Shown here: positions 13,191-27,960 of the stretch, piece after piece
Layout: each line of letters starts with the position of its first letter
How positions within the stretch are numbered: position 1 is the stretch's first letter
Assembly: GCA_964016885.1 (NCBI GenBank)
Contig: OZ024755.1
Span: 26,660,001 to 26,724,000 of the forward strand
DNA: 64,000 nt
Reading direction: 5' to 3'
Source: Eledone cirrhosa
Taxonomy: Eukaryota
Notes under the pieces: model-generated
Told to the model about the DNA's origin: nothing
The model's input: only the letters and a program-made list of their open reading frames with translations
Database searches by the model: none
Translations under genes and position numbers: made by a program

Positions 13191-13420
13191 ACAGTATAAT
13201 GTTCAGACATTCTAACCATTGATTATCTGCTATAAGTATTTTATTTTAGTAGAAAGCAAACAAAACAAGTTGACAAGTTAATTCAAATCAAGAAAATTGC
13301 ATCTGATGACTATAACATAAATATATAAGATATGTCATAAATATCATAACATTAATGATACTGATGGTGGCCCAAACTGACGTCTTAGTCGTGCAAAGAT
13401 ATCTCGACATGCGACATAAT

Positions 13421-13637
13421 AATGGTTTCTGATTTAGGCCCAAGGCCAACAATTTTGGAGGTAGGGAAAGTCTATTAAATCGACACCAGTGCATTACTAG
13501 TACTTTATTTTATCGACTTCCTATGGATGAAAAGCAAAGCTAACTTCGGCAGGATTTGAACGTAGAATGTAAAGGGCCGTAACTATATGCCGCAAATCAT
13601 GTTGTTCGATGCTCTACCAATACTGCCAATTCACTGC
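13421..13637 (-). mobile_element. Older long-form SINE copy with TSD
   Basis: Diverged consensus with the extra ~30-bp segment; gcgacataataat duplicated. Confidence 0.85.
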
Positions 13638-14226
13638 GACATAATAATAACATAACGTTTCTATAAATCGATTGCAGCAACTTAAAATATTTTTTAAATG
13701 AAATGTAAGTATATATTTTCAATAGTCATTGAGTATATGAATTTTATTTCAAATTGAATTTTATTTCAAATTGAATTTTATTTCAAATTGAATTTATTGA
13801 AGTGACATTCGTGTAAAACAAACAATGCTACAATAACTACAAAACAGGCTGTCACAGGTTTTGTTTAATTCGGTTGTCAAGAAAATATCCACACTGAACA
13901 TTTGCTATAGTAGAGAAGCTAATGTTACACTCTAATTCATTCAATAAAACAAGTAGAAATATCAGCTACCACACCGTCAAATCACACGCTATCGTTTTCA
14001 ATAACGAAACGATATATACGATAATGTAGTCTTATATATCTCTTAAAAGACGGGATAGTCATGTATGAAATTTCTTTGTTCATAGATCTGCTCCATTATG
14101 GTTGACCTTGAGCTAGACAAAGTCAACAGCGACGAACGAACCAGTGTAAAAGATATTTAGTTGTGATATTTCGATGACTTAAGAGAAGTAAATTACCAGT
14201 CTCTATAGAGCTTTGGACATTATATT

Positions 14227-14530
14227 TTAAGGTAAGTTGTAGACGCTAACTCCACCAGCAGCAGACTGTGCATCAACATGAGATATTTTTCTCCACAAAG
14301 TTCGATCACCAACAGCAGAGTTTAAAGAGCAAATGTCAAGCCCAGTCCATAATTTGACATTATCAAGCCATCGTTTTGGCTGCCGGCCCCTGCTTCTCTT
14401 ACCAGCCAACTTTCCTTCTAGGCATAACTTACTCACACCACGAGTTGATCTTTTGATATGACCATACAATTTAAGCACTCTTGACCTGACAGCTGATGTG
14501 ATTAGTCTAAGCCTGGTGATGTTGAGCAGC
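14227..14530 (-). mobile_element. RTE LINE 3' end fragment
   Basis: LKLYGHIKR...LEGKLAGKRSRGRQPKRWLDNVK, the typical RTE ORF C-terminus. Confidence 0.85.
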
Positions 14531-14941
14531 CCACTGATACAGATACGGTCGCTGAGCCGTTTTAAGGTACTAAGTTACTTTACGTTAGCTTCTGAGTCCG
14601 GATCTTGCCGAGGTTGACTTTTCCTTTGATCTTTCTAATGGAAGACGATAAAATATATATGTAACAAATATTGGGTCGATAAAGGTTTTTATCTATGCAG
14701 AATCCCCATCAATACGTAGATTCTAAATAAATATTTCAATAAGGGAGATAATTAGGTGTTTAATTTTAGCTGAGATTGATACTAAAGATTAGAATTTAGT
14801 CTAGAACAGATGTTTGTAATTCACATCCATTTGGGTGTTGGAACAAAAGCCTGAGGGCAGGCCACTCGAAGTCTTGTTCTGATTTATTTAAATGAATATT
14901 TCAAACCACTATGATTTTATTTGCTGTTATCTACATGAATG

Positions 14942-15240
14942 GGAACGCGTGGTCTAATGATTAGGGTGTTCGATTCACGATTGAAAAGTCAGGAGTTCGA
15001 TCTCCAACGACATGTTGAGGTTTTCAACAAAGAGACTTTATATTAATTTACTTCAATCCCCTCAGCTAACCGAAGTGTATTGTACCTGTAATTCAAAGGG
15101 CCAGCCTTGTCACACACTGGGTCACGCTATGTTGAGGTACACGTGTTTATGAAAAGCTCAGCTACTTGCATGTTAATTTCATGAGCAGGCTGTTCTGATT
15201 TTCGAACAACTGGAATACTCCTTATCAGAACCGACAGAGG
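14942..15240 (+). mobile_element. Second, older tRNA-derived SINE family
   Basis: A/B-box-like head (gtggtctaatgattag...gagttcgatctcc); body similar to 39200-39540. Confidence 0.6.
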
Positions 15241-15282
15241 TTTAACACACAGACTTATCAATATGAAAATTAAAACCAATCT

Positions 15283-15560
15283 ACGAGGGTGGGCTGACTA
15301 TGAAGGAGTGACGCTAGAGTTGTGAAATCTTGCATGCATTAATTTCTTCTTATTAACAACTGCATTGTTTTTTTTCCAGGGACTATGTTGAAAAATAAAC
15401 CTCATTTGGATATTCCATGATAGTATCTTGATAAGCCTATGAACCTTTCAGTTGATCCTTGCATAATAACTGCATTGTTTCTTTCTAGGGGCTGTGTTGA
15501 AAAATAGACCTCATTTGGTCATTCCATGAGAGTATCTTCGTAAGCTTATAAACTTTTCAG
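15283..15560. mobile_element. Decayed mariner-like MITE with partial tandem duplication
   Basis: Begins ta-cgagggtgggctga and has a degenerate inverse tcagttgatccttg-ca at about 15460; about 95 bp is duplicated immediately after. Confidence 0.45.
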
Positions 15561-16483
15561 TATTAACATTTTTCCAAGTTGTACGAGCACTTAATACTAA
15601 TGATTATGATGATGGTTTTGATAGTCTGATGAAAAGGTTTTATGAAGATATATTTAGTAATCCTCTGAGGGTTTGCAATTACGAAAAGCTCTATGATGTC
15701 ATGCTCTATAATGCACCTGTAGGAAATATGATGATGTGTCTAGAAGTAGTTAACTTCGTTATGAGTTAGTTAGGGTGACTATAATTTGATCAATGTTTCA
15801 TATATATTTTTATCTTGATTCATGGGAAAATGGTAAATAAATATTTACTCAGGCAGTTATGAATTTTTTTTCTTTTGACTGGCTTTATTTGTTCAAAATG
15901 TATGAATGTATGTACCTATATATGTATGTGTGTATGTACGTATATATATACGTATATATATTTATTAATAACTGTACATTTTCAAATGTAGGCAATAAAT
16001 ATTCTTCGCTGAGCAGTTCTGCTAGAGAACAAGTAGCAGGTGGCGGATAACGATACGGTCACCAGATATGATGGTTAGTTACAATATAAGCGGGCTCCTG
16101 CCAGACGAATAAGCAACCCCGGACCAACAGCGGTAAACTACCAGGAGAATTGGGGCAAAATGGATTAATAATAATAATATTATTAATATTCAGTTTGTTT
16201 GCATTCACTCACGAATACATTTAGGTATCCACCATGTTAGAGCGAAAACTAATTTTGTTTTTAATTTCCGGCAAAGCCAACCGTAAAACCACTCAGTATA
16301 CAAATTAGGCTAATCAGCCAATGTATACATTTGAGAATACTATGTAAACTCCGCCGTTCCAGTGGGTAGCAACACCGAGGATATAAAGTCTCGATAAAAG
16401 GCAATAACTCCGAAACAATTATCGACTGTTTTCTTGCAAACAAGCCGAATATTAATTTTATTATCATTCACTCACGAATATAA

Positions 16484-16910
<427 letters not shown>

Positions 16911-17699
16911 TCCTAACGTATATATTCAATGAATTATGTTAATATAGTTCTTTAGATAGATCACGTTCTATCGTATAATGAGAATATCTTGACAAAATGC
17001 CCTAGTGGCAAATAAAAGAAACTTATCTTGACAAAATAAAATATTCCCTTAAATACAAATCATGACAGGTCATAACTTCCACTTAAACTCCAGAAAGCTG
17101 ACAAATGATTTCAGGAACACACAAACACCCTGTAACTCTACGTTATATATTAACAATACTCTCTTAAATATATTCTAAACTCTTTCATAGTTTAGCTGTT
17201 TGCAACTGTAGCATGTTATATATTTGCCTGTGGGAATCAATATACCGTTTTACTTCAGATAATAACGTTATTTCGGGGAAAATGCTTCAATTATATAACT
17301 AGCTAGGATGGAGACAACATCATTTGAGTTAACAAACAACTCCCAGGAAAACAACTGTAGGGGAGTTATGTATATAAGAGAGTCCGTGTATATCCATACA
17401 TGTGTGTATATTTATAATTAATTCCAGAATTGGTGAGTGCACCAACCATTATAGAAATGCGTCTGGTTGTATATTAAATTGTGCATTAAGCAGCTAAACA
17501 GAACAATATAGGATTTAGCTGAATCTACAATAAACATATATGTAACTACACAGTAACTCGTAGATATACAAACATACGTTATGTATATCTTTCTCCGTAG
17601 ATTGAAAACGATGAACAGTTTAACTTGAGCTTCGATTACTGATAGAACCAGCTTCATACACTATCGATATCTCTCACAATTCACAGGACCGAGGTGATG

Positions 17700-18145
17700 G
17701 TAAAAGGCTAGATGGCATCCCTATCTTTCCGTTCCGTGGTGGTAAGCCCCTCATCTAGGATACGACATGCGGTGAAACCTTCTCCAGTAGCAACCTAGTG
17801 CATTCCACGACAGACCGTGGTACGCAGCCCGTCAAGTCGATTTTCGCAAACTGGCGAAATATCAGCCGCTCTTGAATATGTCTGTTGGATGATTTCCGGC
17901 GTCCTTGGTTCCCGGAGTAGCACCCTATTTCTATCAGGGTGGAATTGGCCACCCGCAGAATTGAGCCCCACGAGTTGGAATGGCTTTTCCAACGAGTCTC
18001 GCCCATTACCCTCTGGGGTAACACTTTCTCTCTTCTGTCCGCTGGGATTGCATGGCAGCCTGCGCATGGGGTCCTGCATGCCGACAGGGAGTGCTTCACA
18101 CTGCCTAGGCCTGTATCGTTGGGGTAGCGATGTGTGAGCACATTT
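17700..18145 (-). mobile_element. GC-rich dispersed repeat, probable LINE 5' UTR fragment
   Basis: Homologous to 47118-47340 (+) and 56520-56590 (-): gcggacagaa...gagac.cg.tggaaaagcca..ccaactcg.ggggctca. Confidence 0.5.
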
Positions 18146-18175
18146 TTTGGCATTTAAGGCACAATACAGAAAACG

Positions 18176-18189
18176 ATGACTACTACTAT

Positions 18190-18220
<31 letters not shown>

Positions 18221-18284
18221 GCTGCTGCTGCTACTACTACTGCTGCTGCCGCTGCTGCTACTACTACTACTGCTGCTTCTGCTG

Positions 18285-18319
<35 letters not shown>

Positions 18320-18463
18320 GCTGCTTCTGCTGCTTCTGCTGCTTCTGCTACTACTACTACTACTACTGCTGCTGCTGTTGCTGCTACTACTACTACTGCT
18401 GTTGCTGCTGCTGCTGCTACTACTGCTGCTACTGCTGCTGCTGCTACTACTACTACTACCAGC

Positions 18464-18531
<68 letters not shown>

Positions 18532-18631
18532 GACAACAACGACGATGACGACGACAATGACTAAGACAACTACTACTACCATTACTACTACTACGACTAC
18601 AACCACAACTACCGTTACTACTACCACAACA

Positions 18632-18678
<47 letters not shown>

Positions 18679-18950
18679 AACAACAACTACTACTACCACA
18701 ACAACTACTACTACCACTACGGCTACAACCACAACTACTACTACCACAGCAACTACTACTACCACTACTACTACTACGGCTACAACCACAACTACTACTA
18801 CCACAACAACTACTGCTACTACTACTACTACTACGGCTACAACCACAACTACTACCACCACTACTACTACTACTACTACTACTGCCACTACAACAACAAC
18901 AACTACTACTACAACTACTACTACTACAACTACAAGTACTACTCTACTAC
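18176..18950. repeat. Degenerate trinucleotide array (TAC/TGC/AAC/GAC)
   Basis: Direct inspection; source of the spurious poly-T/V/Y ORFs. Confidence 0.95.
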
Positions 18951-19389
18951 CTTTAACTTCTTAGTCATGGCAATAACAATTTATAATGTTGAAGCGAGTT
19001 GTTCTTAAAGCTTTCCTATCCAAACAGAAATACGTATCTAAAAGCTATAGAAGCCAATCCAATATGGCGATTTCAGCGAACTCAAAGTGAACTTGGCATA
19101 ATAATAGTGCTTAAAGTGATAACTAATTCGATTATATATTAAATTATGCACCAAAAGGCTGAAACACACAATACATTAGTGTCTGTATTGTAGAGTCCAG
19201 GATTTAAACGAGGCTGCGAAAAATGTGTGTGTGTGTGTGTGTTTGTGTGTGTTTGTGTATGTGTGTGTGTGTGTGTGTGTAAACGAACACATGTATGCTA
19301 ATGCCCAATCTTAATATCAGATATGTAAATGAGTTTCATTGGGGTTTTGGGGGTTTTTCGAATAGAGGCCAGAAACAAGTGAAAACAGA

Positions 19390-19423
<34 letters not shown>

Positions 19424-20054
19424 AACACACACACACACACACAGACACACAAACACACACACATGATAATTTTATACAAATGAAACAGTTCTAGTCATGT
19501 AGAAGTCATTTCTGTGTATAATAAAGATAATAATGTCGGTTGTTTCCCCCTTTCTTCTGCTAGAACACGGTAGATGACATTACCCACCACCTTTAAAATT
19601 CATAGTTAAAGGCTTTCAAATGTTTATTCGTAAATATATCGTATATTATTCAAATACACTCTCGCTTCGTCTCGATAAGAGATAGTATTGTATTTTCATT
19701 TAATTTTGTCATAGCTATAAAGTCCACTATCCCATTATTCTATTTTATTTGTTTTCTTTAGCCCTTATATCTGTGCTGTTTGTTTTATCACACACCTTGT
19801 GAATTGTTTCTCTGTTGACCACTGGCCGCTGGTCTCTGACCCCTCAGGTATTTTTGCCCATAGCTGTCTTTCACAACATTTATCTGTTAATGGTTGTTCT
19901 AGCGATGAGTTTTCTCATTTTTTATTCAAATACACTCGCTTCGTCTCGATCAGAAACAACATTGATTTTTATCACATATATATATATATCATCGCCGTTT
20001 AACGACCACCTACTAGCATGGATTAACGACCACCGTTAGCATAGATTAGACGTT

Positions 20055-20094
<40 letters not shown>

Positions 20095-20329
20095 ACGGCT
20101 AGAACCAGAGGACAGCATATTACAATAACAATGTAATGGGGAAATGGTTAAAAAGGAGGAATTAATGTTTTAGACGGTAATTATTCATCGGAAAATAAAA
20201 CAGTAAAAAGAGAGGATATTTCTCAAAGAGTAAAGGAAGAAAAAAAAACGAAAAAGAAAACACTTTTATCACCACTCAGTTGGAAATCTGTATAGTACCG
20301 GTTGCATCTCGGCGTTCTCAATGTTAAGA

Positions 20330-20405
20330 AAACTCCCAGGTAATGTTAAGTAAACTCCCAGGTAATGTTAAGTAAACTTCCAGGTAACGTTAAGTAAACT
20401 CCCAG
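20330..20405. repeat. 22-bp tandem repeat, about 3.5 copies
   Basis: Unit aatgttaagtaaactcccaggt. Confidence 0.85.
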
Positions 20406-20639
20406 AGTAGACAGTGTTATTCGCTTCAACACAACGCACGTAAATGGGTACCTTCAAATTTTATCTATACTCGAATTTCGGCCACACTTATTGCAGCAAC
20501 AGAGTTCACAGCATCTACTGTCTGCAATTATTATGCACCAATGCACAATCGGGGACTATGGCTTCATCAGCGGGCTTCGCCTAATTAATAACCAATCGAT
20601 CGACAGAATTCGATTCCAGTCCGTGTTGGCCATATATGC

Positions 20640-20761
<122 letters not shown>

Positions 20762-21258
20762 TTGTGTGTGTGTGTGTAGGTACACACACACACACACACA
20801 CATATACATATACGCATCCTCTAATCAGTGTAGAGATGTGTAGAGTGATACCGTTTATCAATTTTCTTATGATAGATATCCTGTCTTTCAGCATATTTCT
20901 GCAATGTTCTACGATATAGCTGTCATATCCTGCAGACAAGCTCTTTGGATTTTGACTCTTTCTGTCTCTATATATATCAAACGGCAACAATCTTCCGGCG
21001 TTTGTCAATAATTAAAGGAAAACACCGAAACAAATGCTACTTCCTCTAACAATATATGAAAATATCAAAACAACATTCTAACTGCTATGATAGCAGAATG
21101 AGGTTTTATGCTTCCTACACATTCACACCTACATACACACGCATACTTCTGCGTGTATTCAACTGTATATGTATGTATGTTTATATATAACACACACAGA
21201 AGATCTCGTTAAGGGTGAAGGCAGCGATTCTTTGCTTAAACTTTAATCTGTTATTTTA

Positions 21259-21345
<87 letters not shown>

Positions 21346-21388
21346 TACATATATATATATATACATATATATATACATATATATATAC

Positions 21389-21966
<578 letters not shown>

Positions 21967-21970
<4 letters not shown>

Positions 21971-22662
21971 GAAGTAATTCCGTCGGAAAGGTCCAGGAAA
22001 AAAGAGTGCTCTATGTAGGTTACAGAATACTTTGAATGAAAAGAATACTTTGGGGATGAAAAGAGGTCAAGCCGGTGAAGGGTACACGAAAATTTGATGT
22101 TACTAAAGAATAATGTTAATGTTAAAACCGAAGGAGAGTAAAATTTTAGGGTAAAGGTATTAGTGAGAAATACCAACCAATCTTATTTAAAACACAAGGA
22201 ATTTAGATCTATAACAAGAAATTAAATTAATTGATAGGTATACTTATAGGGATAAATTTATATTAATTCATATGGATCTGATAAATAAGAATTAGATGTT
22301 ATTAAAGAATGTTGTTAAAAACGAAGGAAAATAAAATTTTGGGATAAGTGTAGTAGTGAGAAATACCAATCTTATATAGACTACAAGGAATCTAGATTCA
22401 TAACAGGAAATTAAATTAATTTATTTGTATACTTTTAGGTATTTTAGGAAAAGAGAGCTGTAAGAGGGAAATAAAATTATGAAATTCTCTGTAGTAAGGT
22501 ACTAATTATAGGTTAACTAAATTAAAAAAAACTAATTATAATAATATGTAAAATATAAGTGTAAGGTGTATATTAATTAGGTTTATAATATTTGAAAGTT
22601 CTTCTAATTCTATGATTGCAAGATATAATTAATTCTTGTCGCTTATTTAATAGGATATCCTT
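21967..22662 (-). mobile_element. 5'-truncated Penelope-like element (ORF end, 3' UTR and tail)
   Basis: Minus strand 22662-22573 reads KDILLNKRQELIISCNHRIRRTFKYYKPN*, the PLE GIY-YIG terminus; internal ~170-bp duplication; ends in (TA)n. Confidence 0.75.
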
Positions 22663-22664
22663 AG

Positions 22665-23240
22665 ATTTCAAAAAGTTTGTCTGTCTGTGTACAAATACTA
22701 GGCTCCTTTTAACTTTTGAAGTACTAGGCCGATTTCAACCAAATTTGGCACACATGTTGCTTATATGCCAGAGAAAATTTGAAAAAAATCGATATTGGGG
22801 CCGAAAAATCGATTTTGTGTGTGTATCTGTCTGTGTACAAATACTAGGCTCCTTTTAACTTTTAAAGTACTAGGCCGATTTGCTTCAAGGAATGATATTT
22901 CTATGTCCAGTGGATGATCAACGTGGTAGTGGCAGCGCCATCTTACGCATAGGGTTTAGTCTACTGAAGGACATACGGTGCGTCTTTTCCATCTTTATCC
23001 CCTTACTCATACCTACTACAGCAAAGCCGGACCTGAAATCATTCACGTCAATTAACTCAAGCTACCCCATGAATTGTTTTTATGTTGCCGTTTATTTCAC
23101 TCAATCATGTCACTGTACACCCATTTTGTTAAACTTTCTTTTACAATTACATTTCAATTCTTTGCTCAACCTTTGGCTCTCTTTATACGGACAAACAGGC
23201 TGTCGTTCATTTCCCGAGCAACGCCGGGAACATCTGCTAG
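22665..23240 (+). mobile_element. Non-autonomous Helitron (3' end intact)
   Basis: 3' hairpin cccgagc-aac-gccggg followed by CTAG|T; internal repeats with ccgatttcaaccaaatttggcaca typical of Helitron/DINE-like elements. Confidence 0.75.
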
Positions 23241-23597
23241 TACATTATAAAGAAAGAAGAAATATTAGACATAAATACTCATTTTTTCTTTAAATTCCCG
23301 ACTGTACAGTTTCGTGGCTACTATGCAAAAATCCTATATCATAGAGATGTAACATTTTTGTGAGGTTTGCCGACTTATCAAGAGAATACCTCATGTAAAA
23401 ATTTCAAAACAGGTCTGCACCGCGCGAAAGAATCTCGAGATACAGTGGTCAAGAAATGGGGCTAAATCCCTTGTAGCAATGAAAAATATTACAGAAGGCG
23501 GAGGGGATATTAATACAATATATAAGTACAGATTTACATATATATATATATAAATATCGAGCCCTCCTAGGATTTTTGTCTTCACATTTATTATTAC

Positions 23598-23658
<61 letters not shown>

Positions 23659-23664
23659 TTATTC

Positions 23665-23740
23665 ATTTTATATAGAAATGACTTCTACGGAGCTAGAACT
23701 GTTTCATTCGTATGAAAGCATCAGGAAAATCCTGATGGAT
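23665..23740 (-). mobile_element. Decayed PLE pLTR end with degenerate hammerhead (family of 27773-27960)
   Basis: Minus strand CTGATG...gaatGAAACAGttctag...TAgaagtcatttctata; a further 3' half lies at about 19478-19520 (+). Confidence 0.5.
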
Positions 23741-24632
23741 TAGCAAATTGGCAACATGACGAAATATCGTTTTTGTCTAGCTACAGTAAAATTAGCGTTC
23801 GACATTAGCATGCTGACACACGATTTTGTCTTCTAAAACAGCCATTCTTTTTGTAATGATATCTAAATAGGTTTGGTCATAACTATATTTAGAAAGAGTT
23901 TCTTTTTTCGATAGTATTATCACTGTGAGCCATGATATCATTGCAAATTAAAACATTGACGTGGAAATAAACTAACAAATAGCTGTTGCTATCAGATTTT
24001 TTTCTTTGGGGAAAATATGAATCGCTGTCTTTTTTTGTCGCATAATTATAATTTGTCTTTTAATATCAAATTTCGCTGGCATGTGTGTTTATATGTATAG
24101 CTATACAGTGGAAACATCCAATAGAGTTATTTCTATAGAAAATATTAGAAGCAATATTAGAAGCAATCCCATCTAAAACCTGGGAAGTCAAGAGTTGTCT
24201 TTTAGCGAAAGAACCTTTTTGTTTGGTTGGTTGGTTGGTTGTTTTGTCTTTATACTCTAAGTATATATCTATATGTTGGTGAACATAAGATAGTATAATA
24301 AATGTTTATATTTTTCGAGGAGATTGTTTGATTTGGAATAGTTAACATTCGCAGGGTATTTCTTTGTGGTATTCGAGTGAGTTTCAATGGTTTGATTTCT
24401 GTTCTGATTGTGTGAGATGTGATCAGAGTATGTTCAGAGAGAGATTGATATGGTTCATTATTTGGTCGCGTTTTGATTTGCTTTCGACTCTGTTCTGTGT
24501 TATCTAAATTTTCCGTTAATTGTTATTCAAGGGGAATATTTTAGTTTTTCCTTTACAGTTGGTGGCTGGTTTTTCTCTGTTTTTATAGAAGCCAGACGAT
24601 TGAGTATAATGTTATTTGATTTAAGTTCTGTA

Positions 24633-24689
24633 ATCATCATCATCATCATCTTCATCGCCATCACCACCACCATCATCATCATCATCACC

Positions 24690-24747
<58 letters not shown>

Positions 24748-25024
24748 CCACCATCACCACCACCATCATCATCATCATCTTCATCATCACCATCATCACC
24801 ATCACCATCTTCAACATCACCATCACCATCACCATCATCATCACTATCACCATCATCATCAACAACAACAACATCACCACCAACACCATCATCATTATCA
24901 TCATCATCAACATCATCATCATCATCATTGTCGTCGTTGTCGACGTCGTCGTCGTCGTCATCAACAACATCACCATCATCATCATCAACATCACCACCAC
25001 CATCATCATCATCATTATCATCAT
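24633..25024. repeat. (ATC)n-derived array, expanded tail of the adjacent RTE
   Basis: Direct inspection; abuts the RTE 3' end. Confidence 0.9.
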
Positions 25025-25230
25025 GGTCCCTTAACCTTTTCCAGAGTCGTTGGGACACAGCACTATTGAACGGTGCACCAACTGCCTCCATTACCTCTGG
25101 CGGTCACGGGTGATTGCTTGGGTTATGGGTAAGTTCTTTCCCGTCTACTCAGCTATTTGGCTGACCACTACCCCCTCCGTCTGCCTCGTCTTCTCTTTCC
25201 CCTCACTGTTGTATGGAGGAAGATTGTTAA
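25025..25230 (-). mobile_element. RTE LINE 3' end fragment
   Basis: Minus strand TVRGKRRRGR motif followed by ggttaagggacc(atg)n tail. Confidence 0.65.
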
Positions 25231-25289
25231 TTTAGTGGTTGATAGAATTGTTGTATGTATGTATGTATGTATGTATGTATGTATGTATG

Positions 25290-25805
25290 TGTTATATCAG
25301 AGTTTTCCTTCTCCTAGAATTCTGCCTTGACAAAGGCTAAGGGGTTATCTCTTCCGGTGATTTTGGATGGCCATTGACTCTTAAGAGCTCCTTTGCCCTT
25401 TGACAGGTTTTGTTCTTCGTCCTGCAGGATGTCGAAAGTCACCCTCCTCACCAAGAAACCTTGGTGGGGTTGCCAGTTTAGTCAATGATGTTGACATGTT
25501 CTTCTTTTTGGTAAATATCATCTTGGTTAAGAGAGTGGGACTGGCTTTGTGCAGTGCCTTTGCTCACTATAAAAGCTTCACGGCACAGGCATTGCTTTAT
25601 ATCTGAAGATCTCTCTGCACTTGTTGTCACATGGTGCCATGGGACCAGCACTATGTGTCAATAATTGTCACAAGTGTAGTCTTTGTACCAGAGTTTTCCA
25701 GTCGCTGGCTGGACTAAAAAGTCACACTCGTTTAGCGCATCGGTAGGGGTTCTCCTACATGGATATAAAGTAGTGGTCGTACTCGAAAACGAGTTGGCAG
25801 CCACC

Positions 25806-25806
<1 letters not shown>
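25290..25806 (+). mobile_element. Short non-autonomous RTE-related retroposon with inverted 5' segment
   Basis: Highly similar to 32515-33120 but with 25290-25483 inverted; 3' part encodes [19 protein letters not shown] (C2H2-like LINE terminus); flanked by (TATG)n. Confidence 0.8.
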
Positions 25807-25836
<30 letters not shown>

Positions 25837-26521
25837 TGTATGTATGTATGTATGTATGTATGTATGTATGTATGTATGTATGTATGTATGTATGTATGTT
25901 CTTCTGGTTTTATAATTTCACAACGTTTTACCAATAGAGACAGATTCGGTTTCTAACATAGACACAAGATTCTCTCATTGGAATTTACACAACATCAACT
26001 AGGTAGATATGTATGTATGTATGCATGTGTAGATATGGATGTTATTGTATGTGTGGATGTGTATGTTTTGAGTTGTATGTGTGCATGTGTATATGCTTTG
26101 TATCTGTACATGTGTATATGCAGTTATTAGATACAAACATTTTGGAATGTTTTACATATTTTTACTGTTCCATTAATGGATTGTACTTGTAATTTCCTAA
26201 CTAGTTGTGTTTTTTCTGTTCCTGTGAAGCCTAGCCTCTCAAGATTTGTATTGAGGACGTTACTAACATATCCCAGTGCCCCAATAATTCACATAAATCT
26301 GAAGGTATAATCAGGGTGTAGATTTCTCATCAGTTCTGCATAAAGATTCTCCTTTTCGCTAATCTTTGATATTATATTGGCATCAGTTGGGCAGCTAATT
26401 TCCACTACTGTGCGTGCTTGTATGTATGTATGTATGTATGTATGTATGTATGTATGTATGTATGTATGTATGTATGTATGTATGTATGTATGTATGTATG
26501 CATGTATGTGTGTATGTATAG

Positions 26522-26930
26522 GACAACAAACAAAACCTGACAGAGGGCGGAAGAACTCATAAGAGTCAACGGCCATCCAAAAGTGTGTAAATATGTATAT
26601 GCACATGTACGTATATGTGTATACATGGGAGCATGTGTACTTATATGCGCGGGGACATAGAAAAAGTCGGGCTGGACACCCGATCGCGCGGTTAAACCAC
26701 TGGGAGTGAAGGACCCCTAGCCTTTGTCAGAGCATTCTTCTAGGAGAAGGCAACTCAAGAAACTGGAGTAACTCCGATATAAAACCTGCAGCTCAGTAGT
26801 TACCGATGATGTTGATCTTTGCTTCTTTTGGGGTTCTAGCTACTGTCGCTCAGAGAGTGGGATTGGCTCAGTGCACAGTCTTTCCTCACTTTAAAAAATA
26901 TCTTCACGCAGAGGCATTGCACGATAGAAT
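26522..26930 (+). mobile_element. Diverged relative of the same short retroposon
   Basis: Shares aaaacctg.ca.agggc..., cccctagcctttgtc...ctaggagaagg and agagagtggga.tggct with 32515-33120. Confidence 0.65.
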
Positions 26931-27274
26931 TAATTAATAATTATTAATAATGGTATATCATGTAATGGCCATACTCGATATGTATGTATGTACGCATGTA
27001 TGTATGTATGCATGTACGTATGTATGCATGTATGTATCGATGCATACATGCATACATGAATGGATGTATGCATTCATTCATGTATGTATGTATGCATTCA
27101 TTCATTCATGTATGTATGCATGTATATATGCACTTTTGTATGTATGTATGTACGTACATTTGAATGTATGTATGGACATTTGTATGTACATGTATATGTA
27201 TGTGTATGTACCTACGTATGCATGTATGTATGCATGTATGTATGTATTTACTTCCTCCTCGATGTCTTCTATCA

Positions 27275-27322
<48 letters not shown>

Positions 27323-27772
27323 CTTCTTCCCGTGATTTTCTCGTCTTTCTCTCTTTCTTAACAAAAATTCTAAGTGTTCTTTAAGTTTTTTTAAAAACTT
27401 GTTTAGAATTGTTATACTTTTCCTTTTTAACATTCCCATTTAAACAAGCGTAATTAGAAATAATTACTTCGCTAGCATATTTAATTCATTAATCATTATT
27501 ACATTGCATTATTACATTTAACTTTTAAGTTGACATTTTTCCATATATTTAATGCACACTTTTCAACGTAAACATATCTTGATCCTAATTTCAAATGATT
27601 TTATCACTATATGAATTTTAAATGTTTAAAGTTTCAAGCAGATCTTGGCGTCCATAGGAAGACTCTATTTTGTGTGACAGTACACTCGTCTTCCTTTGTT
27701 TTTCTTGCTTCGTTTCTATTTCATAATCACCACATTTGGCAATGTGTATGTATGTGTGTATATATATATATA

Positions 27773-27960
27773 AAAGTTTATCCCGGGTTCAATCGGGGGC
27801 AACCACAGCAAGTAAGGTACTCAATACATAGCAGAGTATAAATATTTAATATAGAAATGGCTTCCACAGGACAAGAACTGTTTCATTCCAGAGAAATCAT
27901 CAGGAAGCCCTATTGATGTATCCCGAATGGAACAGTTCTAGTCCTGTAGAAGCCATTTCT
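27773..27960. mobile_element. PLE-type inverted terminus plus tail in (TA)n
   Basis: Arms atagaaatggcttc.acaggac.agaactgtt / aacagttctagtcctgtagaagccatttctat; hammerhead in the left arm; tail hairpin at 27819-27837. Confidence 0.7.
27859..27909 (-). ncRNA. Type I hammerhead ribozyme, second family (longer stem III)
   Basis: ggcttc|CTGATGA|tttctctggaat|GAAA|cag-ttcttgtc-ctg|TG|gaagcc; cleavage site is TG here but TA in the inverted arm; weak stem II. Confidence 0.65.

Noticed and set aside
18130-18964. Poly-Thr, Val or Tyr/Cys ORFs as a mucin or antifreeze-like gene
   Set aside because: Several frames are open only because the triplet repeat lacks stops; no signal peptide or splice context
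20160-20200. Possible hammerhead on the minus strand (CCGATGA...AAAACATTA)
   Set aside because: GAAA is mutated and stems I and II do not pair convincingly
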